Source: a virus (taxonomy: Duplodnaviria > Caudoviricetes). Taken from it: DNA of 59,697 bases. Location: the IMG/VR virus record IMGVR_UViG_3300034414_000011, positions 1 to 59,697 of that record. One strand, written 5' to 3'. Numbering within the stretch: the first letter of the stretch is position 1; each line of letters opens with the position of its first letter. Positions 36,301 through 44,146 of the stretch are shown here, in pieces. A program made the translations under genes and the position numbers. The notes below the pieces were generated by a model, which was given only the letters and a program-made list of their open reading frames with translations, was not told the origin of the DNA and did no database searches.

Positions 36301-38834
36301 TAAAGGTCTTCCTTGAGAAGTTGGCAAATGTTTTCCGGGGTTTAGGATACCGAACCGCAGAGGATGTTTTTTCCGATCTTTACTCCGGCAAGTTGAAAGC
36401 GGAGAATGTCAGGAAAAGTACCCTGGTGCAAGGCTACAGTGAAGATTTTTCCCTTGTCACCGACTCCCTCGCGGCGATTGAGAAGGTCATCAAGGATGCT
36501 CAAGGCCCCAGCAAGATAGCTTCCTTTGCGTCCAAGGCCATTGACCGGGCTAAAGATATTGCCGGGAGGATGGGCCCGCTCGGTAATCTGCCGGACCAGG
36601 GCAAGTACCTGGCCGAAAGGTATTTGACACTCGGCAAGATCGACGCAGGAGAAGACCTGGCAAGGCAGATGCACGACGCCCTCCAAGGAGTTTCCGACGA
36701 GGACGCCAAGGCGATCTATGATTTCTGGACCAGCCCGACCATGACGGTCAGGCAGGCCGGTATCAGGGATGTTAACGCAGAGAGAACAGCCCTTGAGGTC
36801 AAGCAGAAGATCGTTGACATTGGCAGAGAACTGGTGGAGCGGGATCTTCTGGATCACAAGACCTTCATGGAAAACCTTGGAAGCTATGTTCCCCGCGTGT
36901 ATTTGAAGCACATCCTGGGGGATCAGGGTTTTAAGGTCATGGGTACTGGTCGCAAAGCATCGGTCATGGCATATCTGAAACAGCGCAAGGATATACCGGA
37001 AGAGGTAAGAAGGATTCTTCTCGGCGAAATCAAAGACCCGGCCTACCTTGCCGCAAAAGCAATCTCGGTTCCTCTCCGCGACATGGCAATACTTGACTGG
37101 CTCGGCGACATTTCCAAACATAACGAGTGGGTCTTGCAGGCGTCTTTAGTGGATTGGCAATTCCCGGCAAACGGCAAGATCAAGAAGGTTACACCTTACT
37201 GGCTTCTGTCTGAAGCGAAGAGGCTCCGTGACCAGATCCATCACATGCCGGAAGAAGACCGAGCCGAAGCGAAGGCTCTTGCCGACAGGATGCAATCCGA
37301 GGGCGAGGCGGCTATTGGTGAGACCGAGGGTACGGTACCCGATGACTTCAAGCAGATTCCAGACTCGGCACGTTACGGTGCTCTCCGTGGAATGTATGTC
37401 CGCAAGGAGATCCACCAGGATCTTATTGGTACAACTGCGATCTTTGCCGGTGACGCCTCGATAGCAGAGAAGATCCTTGGGCAAGGTGGCGCGTTAACAA
37501 AGTACACCCAATATTGGAAATGGGCGAAGGTTGCCGCCAATCCTCCGGCGCAGGCTCGTAACTTCGTCTCGAACCTTGTCCTTCTCCATATCTCCGGGGT
37601 GCCGTTCCATAAGGTACCGACCCGGATTGTTGAAGCTATCAAGCAGATCAAGAATAATGGCGAAGCATGGCAGGTTGCCAAACAGTACGGGATACGGAAA
37701 GCCTCTTTCTCGAATGAAGAGATGGCGCGTATAGAGCGGGAGTTGATCGACCTCGAAGCAAAGCGAGCCGGGAAGGGTATCGGTTGGCCGCAAATGAAAA
37801 ACCTCGCCATGAAGTTGGTCAACAAGACCGGAGACTGGTATCAGTTTATGGAGGCTGTTGGCAAGACCGCGAAGATCATTGACGAGATGGAGAGAGGTGC
37901 AAGCGCAGAAGAAGCCGCCATGGCCGCGCACTCCAGTCTTTTCGATTACTCCCTGGTCAACCCTTCGGTCAGGTATCTCAGAAACGCTCCGATAGGTGTA
38001 CCGTTCCTCACGTTCCTTTACAAGTCGGTGCCAATGATGGTGGGGAACTTCGCCAAGCACCCGACAAGGATGATCCCGTACCTTGCGCTTACATACGGGT
38101 TAACGCAACTTGTATCGAGCATGACCGGTATGGACGATGACGACCTTGCGGCACTAAAAAAGGCTCTCCCGGTATGGCTCCAGGAGAGGAACCATACTTA
38201 CTTCCTGCCTTACAAGGACGACCGTGGAAGGTGGCAGGCTGTTGACCTTGGCTACTTCTTCCCCTGGACAGCCATTGGAGAGATGGCACAGAACGCCGGT
38301 CATGGAGAGTTCGGCAAACTGCTTTCTACTTCGGGTGTTCTCGGTGGTCCGGTGCCAAGCATGATCTCTGCGATCCAGACCAATACTGACCCGTTTACGA
38401 AGAAGCAGATTATCGACAAAACATCAACCCCGGCACAGCAGGCCGGTCAGCTTATGGGCTATCTCTACCAGTTAAACATGCCGACCTGGCTGACCAATCA
38501 GGGGGTGGCTGGCAAGGTAAAGCAAGCCATGGGTGCCGAAGTGGACAAGTTCGGAGACCCGAAAGCTACCTGGGCGCAAGCCGGGCTCAGAATGGCAGGT
38601 GTCAACCTCTATGCAGTTGAGCCTACCAGAAGCCGGGCGCGGAATATCTCGACCATGGAAGGTGAATTGACATCGCTCAAGCGTGAGCAATCCATGGAAC
38701 TGAAAAACCCGAAACTCTCGCCAGATGATCGAGCAGAGATCATTAAGGAGTACGGGAAGTTGATGGATAAAAAGAAATCCGAGATCGCAAAATACAAGGA
38801 AGAATCACAACTTGGACCAGCCGCTTTACGTTAA
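27396..38834 (+). CDS. Giant polyvalent internal virion protein (DarB-like): PPase-like, N6-adenine MTase, Strawberry-notch SF2 helicase, zincin, LPD38-like
   Basis: GNYRKGH...HYGYIKGT.GKD.DHID; QQFSTP, EPTAGNG, NPPF; QTGAGKGR, ILDESH, SSAT, GLSLH, QAMGRIFRTGQ; HEILH; N-terminal Gly/Ala membrane-like helices. Confidence 0.85.
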   Translation: MGQFDGLYDDILNGGTRGGAIPDNAARSFTGEALAGVRAGVAVELPKMIGQAMKAISDPGGGFHDAGNNLVEGAEERYNEDPATYAKSAYGNDKSDYNPLKYTYDAASMLPPSLAGAAAAIPVAAAGAPAAAVMGAGMIASGGLFGASQYQDTYERGIEAGLSEEDAKSAALKTASIEGGGEAIASAIPLKFLAKPFTKIAGKMVGQAAERGIVSSILGVKPFVKELGKQTLKELPVEMGTEFYQGAHQAQVEKDAGIRPDADWYQEGLQGAMAASMMTAGHMAGAGAGGAIKHRMTMNALTNPETNPDARLRALEEIGQRIDDVDPDKGKFWRLNGVNAIRNGQSIPLDDSFLSDLTQRAIPVEDVNLLEWNRGNNYPAVGGVAGPPAGPAGPGTGFTMRDPGYIDAEFDEVGPQGQVPGEQRMAIPFLPNEQAGLNDWFGQRPNGPQNLNSEDQSKLDDMVRARYGLTPGLEAAHDAASSPLNDHADPTESQIQAGNYRKGHVNIQGLDISIENPAGSVRSGKDADGKAWSTDIQHHYGYIKGTVGKDKDHIDTFIGNKPESDRVFVVDQIDPKTGKFDEAKVMIGFDSIEEALDGYLKNYDESGPSRVGAVTPVNMAEFKGWLKNGNTKKTFAGSDIGKQVHAKASSNSPSQETLSDGVPGNAEPSTNGGVGPATISSQHNAFVNGPSGSAPSVPGNMLPLGSNLKVVGGVVQSIPVDVMDDLSIGKRSAKNSLHDKPMLESLPSDTINNGANEPISGVVPGEKPDVTTSAGPTHDDTSKKKDEPKVSERNQEVNTVQPTKLNKGDTNDVTTEELTESGIKYDVNSAGEIIVMKDGKNTAQRDKNTGKWRVYEGSLKKEDLVVDDVSMREAMDELIGMREDDNHDKSRTLDETGRATDGKPIMPGDAFTTSSGRKTTAYPKQKGEKYASQWLIDNAVAESESRGDDWNAKIFGNVKPLKSGELTPADRDSMLMYLFGEQPPVVKKALKPLAPKPAEAPKEPELTLEDAKKSKYWPESLKRAREAAVTLGKVKAVTIAPETKADKMKPKGDVWTPEEFTALMEAKAADAKLKPYTVMEPQGMSTEEYEIWAENHALDTVKDRLAHEKAKIEKQDTRLGTLDKINTPELAMEFAQKLADVVERGESLDKIKVLQMVAELYGTTVKEIREKLEAQEADWRHVEEAMEYAVVKYAKAIVAGKGTVDQKLTRLQALYDAQPNLAKRDTTTKAGQQFSTPAPLAFLMGEAIGLTKQDAVYEPTAGNGMLVMGASPSKTIVNEYDAVRRANLSDQGFNKVYGNDILDPSIPAGVSDKSQDVVVANPPFGKADMEMVFDDMPLDKKEHIIVADALEKMRDNGRAAFIIGGHNFKKGTMGEADWNFLNWLYKHYNVRHNIDINGDVYRRMGTTYPIRMIVIDGRKATPDENYSVQDKEVNADKEALAMSEANSFEDVKKILEEKGYVDRRGQVPSGNGNSGLAEEAEEGQDQPNGASDRVPVGTGHDTDKRDSGTGKNSGRDSDGASTGRTGKDKRGSGKSPGSSRESVDGGSKSRSVTELTGDIKQDINNALSHVDAAIKAALKGITDPNKLSMGVTIDEKAYAEIKKHLAATLEELKKAFKDFNELISKFAETVMERYGEAIIPYATKFYGEVHAEHLANESKANEPTVKDEPMEGGNSLQAPYRPRSKGKSSDKLIPRNMEAFIKAALDDLEARHGDIDEYVASKLQYGSKKDLHKALFADQIDTVAMAIDNIDRGLGFINGSQTGAGKGRTVAAIMWYAKTKGLKSIFFTQQPKLFSDMYRDLKGIGHPEMKPYIIHGLSEAHIYDEDNNIIHRAFPPGVTSRSAEYERVASNVEKELADYDTVFIPYSQVNTANTQRDLLRALAPNSIVILDESHKAAGDGSNTGLFVQELLSLSPGVMYSSATFAKRPSSMPVYFRTNLGQTGMSMEELIASVEAGGVPLQQIISAQLARSGQYIRFEMDVNQIESNTMTFSEDTKAKDTIASDGITSVMRDLVDFSNEFSGWVETIKAQANIGKTKGNRVNVTTSSFSSVAHNTVAQLLLGLKVEMVAAKAVETLKADKKALINLSNTMSSFIEDIAAMEGVKSGEELDISFVDALRRTLRNQLTYTVKQPGQRRGEKVRIDPNELTDHLRAKYNRIMRKIDVTDVNIPASPIDMLRYRIEQAGYNVAEITGRNSRLDYSGDGAPVYRPMSKKDKNRNEIVNGFNKGTIDCVIFNAAGATGLSLHASQDFADRRIRKMLIAQADLNIDTVLQAMGRIFRTGQVEKPEYEFTLSALPGEKRPAAILQKKLASMNANTSADAKSAYTNEEVPDILNIYGDKVAAEYLIDTPDVNSMLGGLVSRNDAGEVHVPEDLMRKMTGKMALLPVALQEKIYKEIIEIYNAEIDYLNKTGQNRLIASVHDYQAKTLDKSVIYDGDENSPNPFTRPAYLEKVLTKVTKKPHTIEEVKEMAEKELAGRSQREYIKETSKDMMDRTKEYLDALNRDLEEARTNNGPTAAIERKISTIRENVSTYEELCSNFVVGDPYTVITSSDGDSVLGVFLGVNFSKTAEGTNPMVPSKIGFKFAVASGEKTITMPMSKHELLRKAEDERLSKLDEWDEMQKATTEVRHMVTGNLLTGYRSFVSAGKRPEVVMYSSNEGGTRPGIQVPKSMERELESLFRFTSTGSKTALEYLAHIKKVNANNAHVSMTTGAPVTVMWSGSMNKWRVNVEGSPQNNQAVMDRRLIEATDAGRFDQRNGDWSAVVSEENLPRMMQALESAFSAKFNVPRDFKNKAGEGNVDLSIHQAPGIETRKINQSNLARIKAAIERILPQGVMLELVDKLEYDLDQVATGAKAHGLDLEKLRKKGKLKVVAKGSHRTVKLTTGELTSLIKLSMSKATEATGYHEILHAAEALGVINAEDLKILERAFPEKNGKSSKEMRADAFGDFVTGNMKQGTPSAARLIFQKIKVFLEKLANVFRGLGYRTAEDVFSDLYSGKLKAENVRKSTLVQGYSEDFSLVTDSLAAIEKVIKDAQGPSKIASFASKAIDRAKDIAGRMGPLGNLPDQGKYLAERYLTLGKIDAGEDLARQMHDALQGVSDEDAKAIYDFWTSPTMTVRQAGIRDVNAERTALEVKQKIVDIGRELVERDLLDHKTFMENLGSYVPRVYLKHILGDQGFKVMGTGRKASVMAYLKQRKDIPEEVRRILLGEIKDPAYLAAKAISVPLRDMAILDWLGDISKHNEWVLQASLVDWQFPANGKIKKVTPYWLLSEAKRLRDQIHHMPEEDRAEAKALADRMQSEGEAAIGETEGTVPDDFKQIPDSARYGALRGMYVRKEIHQDLIGTTAIFAGDASIAEKILGQGGALTKYTQYWKWAKVAANPPAQARNFVSNLVLLHISGVPFHKVPTRIVEAIKQIKNNGEAWQVAKQYGIRKASFSNEEMARIERELIDLEAKRAGKGIGWPQMKNLAMKLVNKTGDWYQFMEAVGKTAKIIDEMERGASAEEAAMAAHSSLFDYSLVNPSVRYLRNAPIGVPFLTFLYKSVPMMVGNFAKHPTRMIPYLALTYGLTQLVSSMTGMDDDDLAALKKALPVWLQERNHTYFLPYKDDRGRWQAVDLGYFFPWTAIGEMAQNAGHGEFGKLLSTSGVLGGPVPSMISAIQTNTDPFTKKQIIDKTSTPAQQAGQLMGYLYQLNMPTWLTNQGVAGKVKQAMGAEVDKFGDPKATWAQAGLRMAGVNLYAVEPTRSRARNISTMEGELTSLKREQSMELKNPKLSPDDRAEIIKEYGKLMDKKKSEIAKYKEESQLGPAALR
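29340..29729 (-). CDS. HNH endonuclease with C-terminal HTH, nested antisense inside the giant gene
   Basis: EHRLVME..LGRPL...EVVHHIDGNGLNN..DNLE; WTYAAIGRRFGVSWDTIRK HTH; GGAGG RBS 7 nt before ATG. Confidence 0.85.
   Translation of the reverse strand: MGRPSTGGHIRFFPRHNTAYRLISTVVDGVRRQRFEHRLVMERVLGRPLTNREVVHHIDGNGLNNSPDNLEITTQREHVTGHRWGATTWPIDEGIVLRRDCGWTYAAIGRRFGVSWDTIRKCLLRRGVA
31774..32061 (+). CDS. Overprinted 95-aa acidic helical protein in an alternative frame of the giant gene
   Basis: GGAGG at ~31760 before ATG; protein-like sequence while the main frame is a G/S/D/R low-complexity linker. Confidence 0.55.
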   Translation: MLTDEGRYLLEMAIADWQKKPKKDRINLTEHLIEYQWAPDTTLISETAAPEKIADEIVTALQPDVLEKISEVAESLQDLPESQWMEEANLEALLS

Positions 38835-38989
38835 CTTGCGATTCCATCAAGAAGATGGTATGAATCAATCAACATAAAACGGTTAGTTTCACCCTCCTTG
38901 TCCCTCCCAAGGAGGCTATGAGACCCGGATCTGCACATGACATTGAGTTGTCTGTAGGTCCGGGTCTCGTTTTATTTCAAGGAGAGCAA

Positions 38990-39361
38990 ATGCCCCAAAC
39001 TACAATGACCCCGGAACTGTACGTCGCACTCTTGGAAAAAGTCATAGCCTGGTTATCTGCCTGCATACTTCTGATCGGCGGCTCATTTTCTGGCGCTCTG
39101 GTCTACATTTATAAGCAGGGCCAGGGAACGGTGGCGTCATCCCTGGCATCTATGGAAAAGCGAATTGGTGATGTTGCAGACAGTCTAAGCAAGATAACCG
39201 ATAGGCTGTTCCAAAAAACAGACGACCTCAACGACAGGGTGGCGGCGCAAGAAGCAAGGACGGAACGGGTAGAGGCTATTTGCCAGGAAAGGCATGGCGG
39301 CAATCATGCCCCCACATCACCCACCAAGGTATGCAACCCATGGATGCCGGAAGGAGCATAG
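38990..39361 (+). CDS. Holin-like/lysis-associated membrane protein with coiled coil
   Basis: AAGGAG RBS; one TM segment; first gene of the lysis cassette. Confidence 0.55.
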   Translation: MPQTTMTPELYVALLEKVIAWLSACILLIGGSFSGALVYIYKQGQGTVASSLASMEKRIGDVADSLSKITDRLFQKTDDLNDRVAAQEARTERVEAICQERHGGNHAPTSPTKVCNPWMPEGA

Positions 39362-39365
39362 AGTA

Positions 39366-39872
39366 ATGGCAGAAATAAAGCAGGCATTGACAAAGTTATT
39401 TGGTGTCGAAGGCGGATATGTTAACGACCCCGATGACGCTGGAGGCGAGACGAAGTTCGGGATCTGCAAAAGATCGTATCCCCACGTCGATATAAAAAAT
39501 CTGACGTTAAGTGAAGCGGCGGATATTTACCAGAAAGATTTTTGGGGATTCCTCCGTCTTTCCGAGATACGGAACCAGACCATAGCGGAAGAGATTTTTG
39601 ATACTGCCGTCAACTGCGGTGCTGTGACTGCGGCGAAAATAGCGCAGGAGGCTGTTAACCTCACCAACTATCCAGAGCCGGACATAGCTGTTGATGGTAA
39701 GATCGGTTCTGCGTCCGTCACGGCAATCAACTTTCACAAGTCCTTGCCAGCATATTACAAGGCGCTCAACGGTCTCCAGTTTGTCAGATATATGGGTATC
39801 GTGAAGAACAACCCGAAGCAGGAAAAGTATTTCCGTGGTTGGCTCAAGCGAGTTTTTGAGTCCACGGTTTAA
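39366..39872 (+). CDS. Endolysin, glycoside hydrolase family 108
   Basis: EGGYVNDPDDAGGETKFGI motif; FDTAVN.G; C-terminal RGWLKR peptidoglycan-binding end. Confidence 0.92.
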   Translation: MAEIKQALTKLFGVEGGYVNDPDDAGGETKFGICKRSYPHVDIKNLTLSEAADIYQKDFWGFLRLSEIRNQTIAEEIFDTAVNCGAVTAAKIAQEAVNLTNYPEPDIAVDGKIGSASVTAINFHKSLPAYYKALNGLQFVRYMGIVKNNPKQEKYFRGWLKRVFESTV

Positions 39873-39881
39873 GGAGTTGTC

Positions 39882-40364
39882 ATGGATATTATTGGATCTC
39901 TTTTCGCGGGTGGTATCAAGGGTGTTGCCGAGGGTATCGGTTCAATGGCGAAGGGTATCAGGGAAGCGATTGTCGGCCCTGAGTTAACGCCGGAACAGAA
40001 GACACAGATCCAGCTTCAGCTTCTCGCAATGGAGCAGGCGGCAAACCAGGCGGCGGCTCAGTATGAATCCCAACTGGCGGCTGGTCAGATCAATCTCAAT
40101 ACCTTGGATGCACAGAGCACCGACAGGTTCAGAAGCTATGGACGCCCTGCCGCAATCTGGATGTGTGTGCTCGGACTGTTCTATTCATTTCTACTCCAGC
40201 CGCTTCTTCCTTGGACCGTGGAGACGTTTTGTGTGGTGTTTGGCTACACACCCCTTATCAAGCCCCTTCCAAACCTTCCTACGGAGATCCTGATGACCCT
40301 GGGCGGATCTTTGCTTGGTCTCGGAGGGTATCGTTCCTGGGAAAAAACAAAGGGGAGAGCATGA
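39882..40364 (+). CDS. 3TM holin (gene-transfer-agent release holin type)
   Basis: Q..LN..DAQS....S.GRPA..W, LLGLGGYRSWEK motifs. Confidence 0.8.
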   Translation: MDIIGSLFAGGIKGVAEGIGSMAKGIREAIVGPELTPEQKTQIQLQLLAMEQAANQAAAQYESQLAAGQINLNTLDAQSTDRFRSYGRPAAIWMCVLGLFYSFLLQPLLPWTVETFCVVFGYTPLIKPLPNLPTEILMTLGGSLLGLGGYRSWEKTKGRA

Positions 40365-40579
40365 GGTTAAACGGCCACCTTGAGCCTGGCGCGATCTGTT
40401 ACAAGTGTCACGACATCGAGGGAGACATCATCTGCGAATTTTGCTTTTGCCCACTTTACTACACCGACTGCGGCGGTGACTTCGTGATGATGCCTGCGGG
40501 GATCAAAGATTGCTCTCGATGCACCCGGCCACATGACAAGCAGTTTGTCGATCAAAGGATTCCAATTCTACAAAGTTGA
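40361..40579 (+). CDS. Cysteine-rich small domain protein
   Basis: CEFCFCPLY..DCGG.F....GIKDCSRCTRPH. Confidence 0.7.
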   Translation: MRLNGHLEPGAICYKCHDIEGDIICEFCFCPLYYTDCGGDFVMMPAGIKDCSRCTRPHDKQFVDQRIPILQS

Positions 40580-40682
40580 AGAAAACCAACAACTTACGTC
40601 GAGTACCAAAAATGTACCATTTTGACATTGAGTTAACTTAAAAGCTCAAACATTACGGAATGTTACAGCGTAAAGGAAAAGA

Positions 40683-40728
40683 ACTGCAAAACCTTTATTC
40701 AGCGGTTCAAATCCGCTCGCCGCCTCCA
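40683..40728 (+). mobile_element. attP core: 3' half of a tRNA-Cys(GCA)
   Basis: CTGCAAAACCTTTATT-CAGCGGTTCAAATCCGCT-CGCCGCCTCCA lacking the 5' half; adjacent to the integrase; GTACCA arm-like repeats at 40603-40620 and 40893-40920. Confidence 0.85.
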
Positions 40729-40922
40729 TCTAACCCACTGATAATACAGGGGGTTTTTTCTTACCCGAAATCAAAAATCCACAAAGTAGAACGTAAAACA
40801 CCGATATTGTTGAAGATTTTGCTTTCCTCAATAATATCGGTGTGTTATGTGAGTTTATCAACAAAGTTGAATAATAACGTCAACTTACAACGGGTACCAA
40901 AAAGGTACCATGGATACCATGA

Positions 40923-42170
40923 TTATTGCCCGCCGATAGTGAAGTCTGCCATGGCCGCATGGGTAGATCTCTCGGTAATATGGGCATATCGGCGAGTCAT
41001 GTATGACGAAGAGTGTCCAACTATTTTTCGGAGCACTTCGATCTTATCCGGGAACGCTTCGAGGAAGAGGGTACAGAACGTGTGCCGGAAGTCATGGAAG
41101 GTGAAGTCTTCGATGCCGACCGCCGCGAGTGCTCTCTGGAGCCCGAAGTTTGACGTGATCTTGATATGATCTCCAGGCTTCTTGGGACTCGGTATAACGT
41201 ATCCCTTTGCGCGAACAACATTGGATCTCGCCTTCCACTTCTTTAACTCGTCTCGGAGTGTCGGCGTCATGGGAATGCGCACCGGCTTTGCCGCACCGTC
41301 CCGGTGATGCTTCACCATTTTGACGATCTCGTTCCGGTCCCAATCAATCTCTTCCCACCGCAAGGTAAGCACTCCGTCGATACGAAGACCAGTGTTCAAT
41401 CCCAAGATAGCTGCGATCCTGAGATGGGCAGGGTAGACAGCTATTTCTTTTTCGGATGTTAACACGCTCATCCGCCTCCTGGAGCACTCCGCGAGCAGTT
41501 TGTCTATCTCGGTATGGGTCAGGTACCTCTCGCGCTCGTTATCCTCCCTGAGAAGCTCATAGTCCACCAGGAGCGAGTGCTTGATGATGCGTTTCTGTAC
41601 CGCAATGGACATCATGCGTTTCAGTGTGGCAATCTCTCGGTTGATCGTGGCGTTTGTTGGGTAGCCCCCTTTGCCCCTTCCTTCCTCGATAATCTGTGTT
41701 CTGCGGTACTGCTTGTACTCGTCAACGTCTTCCCACTCGATGTTGCGAATGTCTTTCCCCGTAAAGAATGGGGTCAGGTGAACCCTTGTGCGATAGCGAT
41801 ACGAGCTTGCTGATCCTGGGGCGAGTTTCCCTTCCGCCTCCCGCTCGTCCACCCAATCAAGAAATATTTTTGCGGCATGCAAGTATGTTGTGTCCTTGGG
41901 CTTAGAAAAAACCTCTCCCTTGCTTTTTCGATCTATCAAGGAAGCCTCGTATGCCTTCGCCTCTTCCTTGGTCCCTACTGATTTTTTGTGCGGTTTCATC
42001 ACCCCGTCCTTGCCGGGTAACTTCACACAGACACACCACTTTGCAAGGTACCTTGTTTCCGCACCGCAAGAGCAGAGGGGCGGAGTTTCCTTCCCCCCTT
42101 TCTTCGCTACTGTTTGATCGTGATACTCTTTACCGCATGCACCGCACAACCTTCGCTTGTAAACTGACAT
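40923..42170 (-). CDS. int: Tyrosine integrase
   Basis: TGLR, HDFRHT, VGHS...MTRRY catalytic R-H-R-H-Y residues. Confidence 0.93.
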   Translation of the reverse strand: MSVYKRRLCGACGKEYHDQTVAKKGGKETPPLCSCGAETRYLAKWCVCVKLPGKDGVMKPHKKSVGTKEEAKAYEASLIDRKSKGEVFSKPKDTTYLHAAKIFLDWVDEREAEGKLAPGSASSYRYRTRVHLTPFFTGKDIRNIEWEDVDEYKQYRRTQIIEEGRGKGGYPTNATINREIATLKRMMSIAVQKRIIKHSLLVDYELLREDNERERYLTHTEIDKLLAECSRRRMSVLTSEKEIAVYPAHLRIAAILGLNTGLRIDGVLTLRWEEIDWDRNEIVKMVKHHRDGAAKPVRIPMTPTLRDELKKWKARSNVVRAKGYVIPSPKKPGDHIKITSNFGLQRALAAVGIEDFTFHDFRHTFCTLFLEAFPDKIEVLRKIVGHSSSYMTRRYAHITERSTHAAMADFTIGGQ

Positions 42171-42637
42171 TAGTGTCCTCCCTTCTTGCCGCCTTTACGG
42201 CCAATAACCTTCGCTTCTTCCGTAATGTCGATATTTGCCAACTTCGCGGCGAGTTCTATCTGTCCCACCATTTGAGCCGCAAGTCCTGGTCTTCCAGCTT
42301 CCAGCTTATTAAATATCTCCACCCATGCCGCCTGATCCGCAGTAAGGGTCGATGAAGCATCGTCACCGATCAGCTTCGTCATCTCAGTATCATCGGTATA
42401 CGTTTCGAGTATTTCCTTTATTTCGCCGCGAGAATAGTTGAGGTACCGGAGGATGACCGCAAGGGTGTCGGCTGAGAGCTGTTTAACGCCACAATCAACA
42501 AATCCCCGGCGAACCGTCTCTACAGTGTACGGCACCTTGGACTTCTGCGTGAACTGCGTAACCGTATCCCAGCCTTCGGCAACAAGCCGAGCGTTCATCA
42601 TTTTGAAGAAATCCTTTTTCAATTCTTTCCGATACAT
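42170..42637 (-). CDS. Probable immunity repressor (XRE-like HTH)
   Basis: Divergent from the lytic operon, co-oriented with int; TVTQFTQKSKVPYTVETVRR HTH-like segment. Confidence 0.5.
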   Translation of the reverse strand: MYRKELKKDFFKMMNARLVAEGWDTVTQFTQKSKVPYTVETVRRGFVDCGVKQLSADTLAVILRYLNYSRGEIKEILETYTDDTEMTKLIGDDASSTLTADQAAWVEIFNKLEAGRPGLAAQMVGQIELAAKLANIDITEEAKVIGRKGGKKGGH

Positions 42638-42699
42638 AACCCCTCACTTTCCTTACCTATATTTAAATATGAATAACATCATTGCGTCCCATAATTGGT

Positions 42700-42851
42700 T
42701 TTATACTACATTGAATGGAAGTGTCAACACAATTTGATGTTAATTGTGAATTAGGCGCTAATGATCCACAATATCATTAGGAGATACTAAGTTAACATTT
42801 ATATTTCTTGGCAATTTTGTGTTGACAAACCCTTATGTCGTTTCGTATGAT
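42700..42851. promoter_or_regulatory. Divergent lysis/lysogeny promoter region
   Basis: AT-rich; rightward TTGACA (42822), 18 nt, TATGAT; leftward TTGACA (complement of 42722-42727), 16 nt, TATAAA. Confidence 0.6.
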
Positions 42852-43025
42852 GCGTTCACGTTGAATGTTTGCTTCAATGAAGTTGTTGGAACATTGTCTT
42901 GTAATATTGATATATTAAGTCATTTATTTGACATGCAGAAAATTAAATACTGCTGTGATATTGGCTCATTAAGTTATGGTAATCGCACCCTTTAGGGGTG
43001 ATAACTGACGCACACAGGGGGTTTT

Positions 43026-43211
43026 ATGGTGGCAGGGGCAACAAATTTCGCGGCGACTGAGTGTGGTGAGTATGGGGCATCTGCCCCCTTTCTTGATGGC
43101 TTGACCAGCGACCAACTGCTGGCGAGGATCGGAGAAGCGGAGGCGAGGATCGAAGAAGAGACGGCAGTTATATCTGAGTGTCACAAAAGATTGGGGGTAA
43201 AAAAGCCTTGA
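43026..43211 (+). CDS. Hypothetical protein
   Basis: GGGGG RBS; first ORF of the rightward operon. Confidence 0.45.
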   Translation: MVAGATNFAATECGEYGASAPFLDGLTSDQLLARIGEAEARIEEETAVISECHKRLGVKKP

Positions 43212-44146
43212 AGGCAAAAAAACTGGTAAGCACCGTAGGAATGAGCAGGGAAGATTGGTTGCGGTATCGGCAGATGGGGATAGGCGGCTCTGATGCCGCC
43301 GCAATCTGCGGACTGTCGCGGTGGGGGAACCCCTTGACGGTATATCTGGACAAGGTATCCAATCAAGCACCGAGCGAGGAAGAAAACCGCTTCCAGTATT
43401 GGGGCAAACGCATGGAGCCGCTGATTGCGGACGAGTTTGCCAGGGAGACAGGATTTAAGGTCAGGAATTGCAACTACATTCTCCAGCACCCGAAATATCC
43501 ATGGATGCTGGCGAACATTGACAGGGAGGTGGTAGATCCTGAGCATGGGAAGGTCGGCCTGGAGTGCAAACAGGCAAGCCAGTACAAGGCGAAGGAGTGG
43601 GATGGCGACCAGACTCCGGAGGAATATCTGGTTCAATGCTCGCACTACATGATGGTGACAGGCTTTCCGGTCTGGTATCTGGCCGTCCTGATCGGCGGTA
43701 ATGACTTCGCCTGGAGGAAGTTAACGCGGGATCTGGAGCTTGAGAGGTATCTGTTCGGGTACGAGGAACAGTTCTGGAAACTGGTGGAGGCGAGGACGCC
43801 ACCGGCAATGACGGAAGATGGCAGGATCGTTGGCTTGGAGTTCAAGCCGGACCCGCCGAAGATCATCCTGCCAGACGAACTTCTCCCGAAGGTCCAGAGG
43901 GTCAAAGAGTTGAACGCTTCCATCAAGGAACCGGAGAAGGAACTGAAAAAACTCAAGGACGAGCTGAATCAGATCATGGAGGTTGCTGACCCGGATTGTG
44001 AGCTATTTTTGTGTGGTGATGTTCAACTAAGTAGAAAGAAAGTTCCAACTTTGAGGTTTGATAGTGGTTCATTCAAAGAGGAACAGCCGGAGCTTTACGA
44101 GGGATACCTTGTCGATTCCATGCAAAGGAGGTTGACGATAAAATGA
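43178..44146 (+). CDS. YqaJ-like recombination exonuclease
   Basis: WL..R..GIGGSD, WG..MEP.I, ANID...LECK, Y..Q..HYM. Confidence 0.92.
   Translation: MSQKIGGKKALKAKKLVSTVGMSREDWLRYRQMGIGGSDAAAICGLSRWGNPLTVYLDKVSNQAPSEEENRFQYWGKRMEPLIADEFARETGFKVRNCNYILQHPKYPWMLANIDREVVDPEHGKVGLECKQASQYKAKEWDGDQTPEEYLVQCSHYMMVTGFPVWYLAVLIGGNDFAWRKLTRDLELERYLFGYEEQFWKLVEARTPPAMTEDGRIVGLEFKPDPPKIILPDELLPKVQRVKELNASIKEPEKELKKLKDELNQIMEVADPDCELFLCGDVQLSRKKVPTLRFDSGSFKEEQPELYEGYLVDSMQRRLTIK

Noticed and set aside
40660-41169. 169-aa plus-strand ORF across attP
   Set aside because: Overlaps the tRNA-derived att core and lies antisense to the integrase; not protein-like
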